This document shows, piece by piece, positions 18,204 to 25,253 of a DNA stretch of 32,000 nucleotides; position 1 is the stretch's first letter, and every line of letters starts with the position of its first letter. Under the pieces are notes generated by a model. That model was not told where the DNA came from. It saw nothing but the letters and a program-made list of their open reading frames with translations, and did no database searches. A program made the translations under genes and the position numbers. The DNA is from an uncultured Actinomycetota bacterium (GTDB lineage: Bacteria; Actinomycetota; Actinomycetes; Mycobacteriales; Mycobacteriaceae), in contig CAVQSX010000019.1 in assembly GCA_963715905.1 (NCBI GenBank), positions 19,496 to 51,495 on the forward strand, given 5' to 3'.

Positions 18204-19367
18204 ATGCGGGTGGCGATGATGACGCGGGAATACCCACCAGAGGTCTACGGCGGGGCCGGCGTGCACGTCACTGAACTGGTCGCACAACTGCGCAGGCTGT
18301 GCGCCGTCGACGTGCACTGCATGGGCGCACCGCGCCCCGGCGCCTTCGCGCATCAACCCGACCCGCGTTTTCAGGGGGCCAACCCGGCACTTTCCACCCT
18401 GTCGTCCGATCTGGTGATGGCCAACGCCGCGTCGGCGGCCACCGTCGCGCATTCGCACACTTGGTATACCGGGATGGCCGGCCATCTGGCCGCGCTGCTC
18501 TACGACATCCCCCATGTCTTGACGGCGCATTCGCTCGAACCGCTGCGGCCGTGGAAGGCCGAGCAGCTCGGTGGCGGCTACCGGGTATCGACGTGGGTTG
18601 AGCACACCGCGGTACTGGGCGCCGACGCCATCATCTCGGTCAGCGCCGGGATGCGCGAGGACATCCTGCGGGTCTACCCCTCCTTGGATCCGAACCTGGT
18701 GCATGTCGTCCGGAATGGGATCGACACCGATGTCTGGTACCCGGCCGGGCCTTTGCGCACCGGGTCGGTGCTGGCGGAGCTGGGGGTTGATCCCCACCGA
18801 CCCACCGTGGCTTTCGTCGGGCGCATCACCCGGCAGAAGGGTGTCGCACACCTGGTTGCGGCCGCGCACCAATTCCACCCAGACGTGCAGTTGGTGCTGT
18901 GCGCCGGCGCTCCCGACACCCCCGAGATCGCCGACGAGGTACGGTCGGCGGTTGCCGGACTTGCCCGCAATCGCACTGGCGTGTTCTGGGTACGGGAGAT
19001 GCTTCCCATCGGGAAGTTACGCGAAATACTGTCGTTTGCAACAGTTTTTGTGTGCCCGTCGGTATATGAGCCGTTGGGCATCGTGAACCTGGAGGCCATG
19101 GCCTGCGGAACCGCGGTGGTGGCCTCCGATGTGGGCGGCATACCCGAGGTAGTCACCGACGGAATCACCGGGTCGCTGGTGCACTACGACGCATACGACC
19201 CAGTCGGTTACCAGGCCAGACTGGCCAAGGCGGTCAACGAGCTAATCGCCGACCCGGAAAGGGCGAATCGCTACGGGCAGGCCGGGCGCCAGCGCTGCAT
19301 CGAGGAATTCTCCTGGACCCAAGTTGCCGAGCAGACGCTTGAGATCTACCGGAAGGTGTGCGCGTAG
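18204..19367 (+). CDS. glgA: GT4 glycosyltransferase GlgA (glycogen synthase / maltose-1-phosphate synthase GlgM type), Rv1212c-like
   Basis: The start at ATG 18204 (MRVAMMTREYPPEVYGGAGVHV) gives 387 aa, the size remembered for Rv1212c. The C-terminal GT-B motifs are EPLGIVNLEAMACGTAVVASDVGGIPEVV. The gene is divergent from glgC. Confidence 0.9.
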   Translation: MRVAMMTREYPPEVYGGAGVHVTELVAQLRRLCAVDVHCMGAPRPGAFAHQPDPRFQGANPALSTLSSDLVMANAASAATVAHSHTWYTGMAGHLAALLYDIPHVLTAHSLEPLRPWKAEQLGGGYRVSTWVEHTAVLGADAIISVSAGMREDILRVYPSLDPNLVHVVRNGIDTDVWYPAGPLRTGSVLAELGVDPHRPTVAFVGRITRQKGVAHLVAAAHQFHPDVQLVLCAGAPDTPEIADEVRSAVAGLARNRTGVFWVREMLPIGKLREILSFATVFVCPSVYEPLGIVNLEAMACGTAVVASDVGGIPEVVTDGITGSLVHYDAYDPVGYQARLAKAVNELIADPERANRYGQAGRQRCIEEFSWTQVAEQTLEIYRKVCA

Positions 19368-19412
19368 ATTTCGGAGCTCCGGCGACTGCCGCTCAGCTCC
19401 AGTCCGCCGGAC

Positions 19413-19580
19413 TCAACCGGTAACGCCCTTGAGTTCGTCACCCAATGCGGCGGCCTCGTCGGGCGTCAGCTCCACGACAAGTCGACCGCCGCCCTCAAGT
19501 GGTACCCGCATAACGATGCCGCGCCCCTCCTTGGTTGCCTCCAGGGGACCGTCTCCGGTCCGGGGCTTCATCGCCGCCAT
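19413..19580 (-). CDS. Small conserved actinobacterial protein, DUF3117 (Rv1211-like)
   Basis: ATG 19580 is preceded by GGAGGGAG. The 55-aa product is MAAMKPRTGDGPLEATKEGRGIVMRVPLEGGGRLVVELTPDEAAALGDELKGVTG. The longer 90-aa ORF start has no RBS. Confidence 0.75.
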   Translation of the reverse strand: MAAMKPRTGDGPLEATKEGRGIVMRVPLEGGGRLVVELTPDEAAALGDELKGVTG

Positions 19581-19825
19581 CGAGTGCTCCCTCCAGATTC
19601 GCGCTGGCCCGCTCTCGCGGACTTGGTCGGCGCCGAGCACGCCCCGCCGGCGGTTTCCCAGCCATGCCCGACATAGAACTGCCAAATCACCCCCCCATTG
19701 TTCCCTATCCGGCTGAATCGCTGCACCAGACCCGCTTTACTGGCCTCAACGGGCTGCCGGAGCGGACCGCTGCGCCGCTTAACGGCCCCTTGATGGACCG
19801 GGCCCCGCCCCGATCGCCCGGCTCC

Positions 19826-20401
19826 TCAACGGGCCGAAGACACCCAGCAATCGCGGACGTGGTCATCAACCATCCCGGTCGCCTGCATCAGCGCATAGGC
19901 GGTGGTGGGCCCGACGAAGCGGAACCCGCGCCGCTTCAGTTCGCGCGCCATCGCCTTGGACTCCGCGCTGGTCGACGGGATTTCCGACGGTTCCGCGGGC
20001 CGAGGCCGCGGTGGTGGCGCAAACGACCAGAGCAGCTCGGATAGATCTTCGGACCTCAGTTCGGCGGCTACCCGCGCGTTGGCGATCGTCGCCTCAACCT
20101 TGGCCCGGTTGCGGACGATTCCCTCGTCGGCCATCAGCCGTTTCACGTCGGCATCGGTGTAGCGGGCGACCTTCTCGATGTCGAACCCGGAGAAGGCGCG
20201 CCGAAAATTCTCCCGCTTGCGCAGGATGATCAACCAAGACAGGCCGCTCTGAAAAGCTTCGAGGCTCATCCGCTCGAACATCGCCACCCGGCCGTGCAAC
20301 GGACGGCCCCACTCCTGATCGTGGTAGTTGCGGTATAGGTCGAAATCCGGGCCGGGCCGCACATTCGCCCAGCCGCAGCGAACTAATCCGTCATCGCTCA
20401 C
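19826..20401 (-). CDS. tag: DNA-3-methyladenine glycosylase I
   Basis: GTG 20401 overlaps the upstream stop as GTGA. The product starts VSDDGLVRCGWAN...YHDQEWGRP and contains GLSWLIILRKRENFR, aligning with E. coli Tag from its first residues. The 332-aa ORF in the track is an out-of-register extension over the upstream gene. Confidence 0.85.
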   Translation of the reverse strand: MSDDGLVRCGWANVRPGPDFDLYRNYHDQEWGRPLHGRVAMFERMSLEAFQSGLSWLIILRKRENFRRAFSGFDIEKVARYTDADVKRLMADEGIVRNRAKVEATIANARVAAELRSEDLSELLWSFAPPPRPRPAEPSEIPSTSAESKAMARELKRRGFRFVGPTTAYALMQATGMVDDHVRDCWVSSAR

Positions 20402-20766
20402 GTCAGGTCCTGACGATCCTCGCCGCCCGTCGGTTCCAGGACATCCAGTTCGGCTTCGGCGCCCTCGGTCCTGGAGCCTGGCGTGACCTGCCCCGCCGCG
20501 AGCTGTCCGCGCAATGCCTCCAGCTCGCGAGCGAGCCGGTCCAGCACCCAGTCCACCTCGCTGGCCTTGTATCCGCGCAGTACCTGGGTGAACTTGACGG
20601 CGTCGACGTCGGCCCCGGTGACACCGAACGCGGGCAGTACCGTCGCCGTCGTCCCCCGCGGCAGGGGCGGCAACTGCTCGCCGCGGCCGAACAGCAGGCT
20701 GGCCGCGCCAAATAGCACGATCGCCACCAGCACCAACACCACCAGATAGAGCAACACCAACGCCAC
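20398..20766 (-). CDS. DivIVA-domain membrane protein (Rv1209-like)
   Basis: 122-aa ORF with a GTG start at 20766. It has an N-terminal TM helix (LVLLYLVVLVLVAIVLFGAASLLF) followed by the DivIVA N-terminal motif FTQVLRGYKASEVDWVLDRLARELEALRGQL. Confidence 0.75.
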   Translation of the reverse strand: MALVLLYLVVLVLVAIVLFGAASLLFGRGEQLPPLPRGTTATVLPAFGVTGADVDAVKFTQVLRGYKASEVDWVLDRLARELEALRGQLAAGQVTPGSRTEGAEAELDVLEPTGGEDRQDLT

Positions 20767-20804
20767 GTGATCGATAGTGCCCTATCCCGCCGACAGAACG
20801 CCGA

Positions 20805-21821
20805 TCAGCGTGGCCGCACCACATTCATCGGCGGCCGGTCCACCAGCGACACCGGAGAGGTGTGCGGGGTGTAGCCACAGCCTTCGGGGCCGTCGGCGAA
20901 AAACTGGGTCAGCTCAACGCCGGAGTCCGCGATCCCGCACCGTGACAACAAGGTGGCGATGACCTGGCGGCTCATCGCGCCCAGCGCGGCCAGCGGCCGG
21001 TTACGGTGCGCCCGCACGCCCAGGTTGACCTGCGCGATCGCATCCAGGCCCAGCCGGTCGAAGGTGTCGATCAGCACGCCGATCTCGACCCCGTACCCAG
21101 GGGCGAACGGCAGCGCCGTCAACAATTCCCGGGTGGCCGCGTACTCGCCGCCCAGCGGCTGCAAGATGCAGCCCAGCCCGGGCCGCAGCGCCGCCAGCAA
21201 CGGCCGGGCCACCAGTTCGGTCACCCGCCCGCCACCGGTGGAGCCGGCAGCGCCACCCGACTCGCCGGAATCACTGACACCGTCGGCCTCGCGGACCATG
21301 AGGGGCCGCCGATAGACGCTCTTGACCAGGTGAATCCCGTCGCCGGTCAGGAGCGGGTCAACCAGCCATGGCACGAACATCGGGTGCGGGTCGATCAGAT
21401 CAGAGTCGACGAACACCACGATGTCGCCGCTGGTGGCCGCGAGTGAGCGCCACAGCGCCTCACCCTTGCCGGGAAGCGTGGGCACCTCGGGCAAAGCTTG
21501 TTCACGGCTGACGACGCGGGCACCGGCCGCGATGGCGCGGATCTCGGTTTCGTCCGTTGAGCCGGAGTCCAGCACGATCAGCTCGTCGACCAAACCACCG
21601 ACCAGCGGCGAGATGCTGTCGATCACCGATTCGATTGTTTCTTGCTCATCGAGGGCAGGAAGCACCACAGAGATCGTCCGGCCGGCTTTCGCCGCCTCCA
21701 ATTCCGCGATGGTCCGGCCAGGACGGTTCCAGCTGCGGCTGGCCCGCCAGACATCGCCGGGCCGGGTCCCGAGCGCCCGGGGATTGGCGAGATCTCCGGC
21801 CACCAGCTCCGATGCCGTCAT
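20805..21821 (-). CDS. gpgS: Glucosyl-3-phosphoglycerate synthase (GT81)
   Basis: 338-aa ORF containing ISVVLPALDEQETIESVI, GKGEALWRSLAATSGDIVVFVDSDL and a DxD motif. ATG 21821 overlaps the folP2 stop as ATGA. The order matches Rv1208 after Rv1207. Confidence 0.9.
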   Translation of the reverse strand: MTASELVAGDLANPRALGTRPGDVWRASRSWNRPGRTIAELEAAKAGRTISVVLPALDEQETIESVIDSISPLVGGLVDELIVLDSGSTDETEIRAIAAGARVVSREQALPEVPTLPGKGEALWRSLAATSGDIVVFVDSDLIDPHPMFVPWLVDPLLTGDGIHLVKSVYRRPLMVREADGVSDSGESGGAAGSTGGGRVTELVARPLLAALRPGLGCILQPLGGEYAATRELLTALPFAPGYGVEIGVLIDTFDRLGLDAIAQVNLGVRAHRNRPLAALGAMSRQVIATLLSRCGIADSGVELTQFFADGPEGCGYTPHTSPVSLVDRPPMNVVRPR

Positions 21822-22684
21822 GCCAGCCCCCTCACCGTGCGCGTCGGCGCGCGCGCGCCCTGAATCGAAGCCACCATTTCCAGGACCCGCCGAGTGGCCG
21901 CGACCTGATGCACCCGAAACATTCGGGCCCCAGCGGCCGCCGCAAGCGCGGTGGCAGCCAGTGTCCCCTCAAGCCGTTCGGTCAATTCCACGCCCAGAGT
22001 CTCCCCGACAAAATCTTTATTGCTCAACGCCATGAGCACGGGCCACCCGGTCATCACAAGATCGGGCATGTGACGCAACAGCAGCAGTCCGTGGAAGGTG
22101 TTCTTGCCGAAGTCGTGGGCGGGGTCGATCAGCACCCTGTCACGGGCCACTCCGGCCGCGACGGCCCGTTCGGCTGCACCGGTGACCTGACGGATCACGT
22201 CGTCCACCACGCCGCGGGTGGTCGGCCCGTAACTCACCCGGAACGGACGGGTACGCGGCACCGCGCCGCCGGTGTGCGAACACACCAGTCCCGCCCCGAA
22301 CTCGGCGGCCACCTCGGATATGCCGGGGTCGATGCCACCCCAGGTGTCGTTGATCAAATCGGCGCCCGCCGCGCAGGCCACTCTGGCCACCTCCGAACGC
22401 CAGGTATCGACGCTGATCAGCTGGTCTGGGTAGGCGCCGCGCAGCCATTCGATGAAGGGCAGCAGCCGGGCGATCTCGGTGTCCGCATCGACGTCTTCGC
22501 CCGGGCCCGCTTTGACGCCGCCGACGTCGATGACATCGGCGCCCTCCGCGACGGCCCGGTGCGCGGCGGCCCTGGCAGCCTCGTCGCTGAAGGTCGCACC
22601 CTTGTCGTAGAACGAATCGGGGGTGCGGTTGACGATCGCCATGATCAGCGGGCGATCGCCTGCGACCGGACGGCCACACAGCAT
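21818..22684 (-). CDS. folP2: Dihydropteroate synthase paralogue FolP2; the start is ambiguous (ATG 22684 preferred, GTG 22774 or 22804 possible)
   Basis: The pterin-binding domain is MAIVNRTPDSFYDKGATF...DVIDVGGVKAGPG...SVDTW...LINDTWGG. ATG 22684 leaves 14 residues before MAIVNRTPDSF, comparable with the 17 residues in E. coli FolP. The longest ORF (328 aa, GTG 22804) starts inside a 30-bp tandem duplication. Confidence 0.85.
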   Translation of the reverse strand: MLCGRPVAGDRPLIMAIVNRTPDSFYDKGATFSDEAARAAAHRAVAEGADVIDVGGVKAGPGEDVDADTEIARLLPFIEWLRGAYPDQLISVDTWRSEVARVACAAGADLINDTWGGIDPGISEVAAEFGAGLVCSHTGGAVPRTRPFRVSYGPTTRGVVDDVIRQVTGAAERAVAAGVARDRVLIDPAHDFGKNTFHGLLLLRHMPDLVMTGWPVLMALSNKDFVGETLGVELTERLEGTLAATALAAAAGARMFRVHQVAATRRVLEMVASIQGARAPTRTVRGLA

Positions 22685-22754
22685 TGACTGCACCCGTCTA
22701 TAGTGCCCAGTTACCGTGACGCCCGCTGGTGCAGGGGTGCCGGGACGCCGCCGC

Positions 22755-22814
22755 GAACGTGAAGCTGGTTGCACGCTCGGCGTCGACCGTGAAGCTGGGT
22801 TCACGCTCGGCGGC
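22755..22814. repeat. 30-bp tandem duplication (2 units, 26 of 30 identical) at the folP2 5' end
   Basis: Unit A at 22755-22784 is GAACGTGAAGCTGGTTGCACGCTCGGCGTC. Unit B at 22785-22814 is GACCGTGAAGCTGGGTTCACGCTCGGCGGC. On the minus strand each unit carries an in-frame GTG. Confidence 0.8.
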
Positions 22815-22825
22815 GGCAGAAGCCG

Positions 22826-24610
22826 TCAGCCCCGCGGCCGCTTTCCAGTGGCGACTTCTTCGGGGTATTCGTCGTAGTACGGCACGTAGCCCTCGTCACG
22901 GCCGGCCAGCACGTAGAGCGGGTCGCTCACGCCGGGGCCGTAGCCCTCATTGCGCAGCTCCACCTTGCGGCTCTTGAACGTGGTGGTTTGCGCTATCGAC
23001 TCCACCACCCGCACAAACAGCGGCAGCGCGTAGCCGGGCAGCTCCCCATAAACCGCGCGGGCCAGGGAATGGCCGTCGAACTCGGCGCCATCGCGCAGCT
23101 TCACAGCCGCCATCCCGGCCCGCCCCCCGGTGTAGGGAATCTCAACACCGAAGACCGTGCAGTGCTCGATGGACCCGTCGGCCGCCACCGCCGCCTCAAC
23201 CTCCGTGGTGGCAACGTTCTCGCCTTTCCAGCGAAAGGTATCGCCGAGCCGGTCGACGAACGCCGCATGCCCCATCCCCTGCGGGCTCATCACGTCACCT
23301 GAATTGAACCAGCAGTCACCCTCACGGAAAGCGTTGCGCACCAACTTCTTTTCGGTCGATTCCCGATCGCTGTAGCCGTCGAACGGCTGTAGCCGGTTCA
23401 CCGGGCTGATCAACAGGCCGGGCTTACCGGCGGGGACCCGGCGCACCCTTCCGTTCTCGTCACGCAGCGGGGCGCCGGTGTCGGGATCGTATTCCACGTA
23501 GGCCAGCGGCGTCGGTGAGATGCCAGTGCTCCCAGGCACATTGAAGACGTTGATGAACGCCGTGTTGCCTTCGCTGGAGGCGTAGAACTCGCACACTCGC
23601 GCGATGCCGAAGCGTTTGGTGAACTCTTCCCAAATCTCCGGTCGCAACCCGTTGCCGGCGATCATGCGCACCTTGTGCGTGCGATCCGTCGGCTTCGGCG
23701 GCTGGTTCAGCAGATACCGGCAGATCTCGCCGATATAGATGAATGCGGTGGCCTCGCTGGCAATCACGTCGTCCCAGAACTTCGACGCCGAGAATGACTT
23801 GCCCAGCGCCAGCGTCGCACCGGAGTTGATCACCGAGGAGAGCGCGACCGTCAGCGCGTTGTTGTGATAAAGCGGCAGGCAGCAGTACAGGGTGTCAGAG
23901 CTTTTGAGCCGCAACCCCAGCCCGCCGAACGCCGCCAACGCCTTCAGCCAACGTAAGTGCGTCATCACGCTGGCTTTGGGGAATCCGGTGGTTCCCGAGG
24001 TGAAGATGTAGAACGCGGTGTCTCTGGCCCGCACCGCCGACGCCGTCGCCGGGTTGGTGGCCGGAGCGCTCACCGCAAATCGCTCGAGATCTTCGATCGT
24101 CAGCGTCTCGCTGTCGCCCGTGCCACCACATTCGGTGACGGCGCTGACCAGGTCGGTCTCCGCGATCAAAACTTTGGCGTCCAGCAACCCCAGGCCGTGT
24201 GCCAGCGCGTCGCCGCGTTGGTGGTAGTTGAGCATGCCGGCGATGGCACCGCACTTGACCGTGGCCAGCATCGCCAGCACGACGTTGGGCGAGTTGCGCA
24301 GCATGATGGCGACGACGTCGCCGTGCCCGACGCCGCGCGCTGCCAGCACCGCGGCGTACCGGTTGGCGGTCGCGTTGGCGTCGCGGTAGGTCAATTGCTG
24401 GTCGCCGAACCTCAGGAAAACCCGGTCGCCGTAACGAGCGGCCCGGTCCTGGAACACCGTCCCGATCGATTTGTTCGAATTCGGCGTGGCCAGCATTCCG
24501 GTCAACGTGCCGCGCACGATCACCGGCAGGTCGGCCAGCATCCTGGGTGCCCTCGACGCGATGTCACCCAGGCTGACCTCGGCGCGCGCTGCACCCTCGT
24601 GATCGGACAC
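22826..24610 (-). CDS. fadD6: Long-chain/very-long-chain fatty-acyl-CoA synthetase (FATP-like)
   Basis: GTG 24610 is preceded by GAGGAA, giving 594 aa. The AMP-binding motif is YIFTSGTTGFPKA, and the product is near-identical to remembered Mtb FadD6 throughout. The 612-aa ORF start is an upstream extension. Confidence 0.9.
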   Translation of the reverse strand: MSDHEGAARAEVSLGDIASRAPRMLADLPVIVRGTLTGMLATPNSNKSIGTVFQDRAARYGDRVFLRFGDQQLTYRDANATANRYAAVLAARGVGHGDVVAIMLRNSPNVVLAMLATVKCGAIAGMLNYHQRGDALAHGLGLLDAKVLIAETDLVSAVTECGGTGDSETLTIEDLERFAVSAPATNPATASAVRARDTAFYIFTSGTTGFPKASVMTHLRWLKALAAFGGLGLRLKSSDTLYCCLPLYHNNALTVALSSVINSGATLALGKSFSASKFWDDVIASEATAFIYIGEICRYLLNQPPKPTDRTHKVRMIAGNGLRPEIWEEFTKRFGIARVCEFYASSEGNTAFINVFNVPGSTGISPTPLAYVEYDPDTGAPLRDENGRVRRVPAGKPGLLISPVNRLQPFDGYSDRESTEKKLVRNAFREGDCWFNSGDVMSPQGMGHAAFVDRLGDTFRWKGENVATTEVEAAVAADGSIEHCTVFGVEIPYTGGRAGMAAVKLRDGAEFDGHSLARAVYGELPGYALPLFVRVVESIAQTTTFKSRKVELRNEGYGPGVSDPLYVLAGRDEGYVPYYDEYPEEVATGKRPRG

Positions 24611-24648
24611 GTGATTCCTCGTTCCCCTCGACAGCCGGCCCACCGACC

Positions 24649-25212
24649 TCAGTCGGGGGCGCACGCCTCGACCGCGGCACTCACCTTATCGACCAGCACC
24701 AGCCGATCCATGGCTGCCTGAGAGATGTACCCGTTGTCGAGCAAATGATTCAGCCACACCCACAAACCTTCGTAGTGCCCCCAGGGGTCCAGCGTCACGA
24801 TGGATTTGTCGTGCATGCCGAGATAGCCCGCGGTCCATGCGTCAAACAACTCATCGACGGTGCCGACACCTCCCGGCAGCACGATGAACGCGTCGGCGCG
24901 GTCTTCCATGATCTGTTTGCGGTCGTGCATAGCGTCGCTGACGATCAGCTCGTCGGCGTCGGTGTCGGCAATCTCGTGGCGCATCAACTTTTTCGGGATC
25001 ACGCCGACCGTCCGGCCGCCGCGTGCCCGCGCCGCGCTGGCCACCGCGCCCATTGCCGAAACGCGACCGCCGCCCCACACCAGGGTCCAGCCCCGCTCGG
25101 CGATCGCCACGCCGAGTTCGGCGGCCAGCTCGAGCAATTCTGGGTGCGTCGGTCCGGACGCACAGTAGACACAAACCGCCCATTCGCGTGCTGAATCGCG
25201 TTCGGGCCGCAT
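24649..25212 (-). CDS. LOG-family cytokinin riboside 5'-monophosphate phosphoribohydrolase (Rv1205-like)
   Basis: ATG 25212 gives 187 aa. The motifs are GGGRVSAMGAV and PGGVGTVDELFD, the LOG signature PGGxGTxxE. The 279-aa ORF in the track is an upstream extension. Confidence 0.85.
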   Translation of the reverse strand: MRPERDSAREWAVCVYCASGPTHPELLELAAELGVAIAERGWTLVWGGGRVSAMGAVASAARARGGRTVGVIPKKLMRHEIADTDADELIVSDAMHDRKQIMEDRADAFIVLPGGVGTVDELFDAWTAGYLGMHDKSIVTLDPWGHYEGLWVWLNHLLDNGYISQAAMDRLVLVDKVSAAVEACAPD

Positions 25213-25253
25213 ACCCGCCAAAGGTAGACCAACGCCGAAGGACCCGACCACAG

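Noticed and set aside
19368-19412. Palindromic CGGAGCTCCG and TCCGGCG...CGCCGGA pairing between convergent glgA and the DUF3117 gene, considered as a bidirectional terminator
   Set aside because: The stems are short (7-10 bp) with a 20-nt loop, and there is no U-tract or similarity to the large hairpin family. The evidence is insufficient.
25023-25253. Upstream extensions of the STAND ATPase ORF (813 aa from 25023) and of the LOG ORF (279 aa from 25488), which would overlap each other
   Set aside because: The extensions are Arg/Pro-rich, lack RBS context and would make two divergent genes overlap by several hundred nt. The conserved LOG sequence begins at M93 (187 aa, the size remembered for Rv1205), and the ATPase P-loop lies shortly after the 25254 start.
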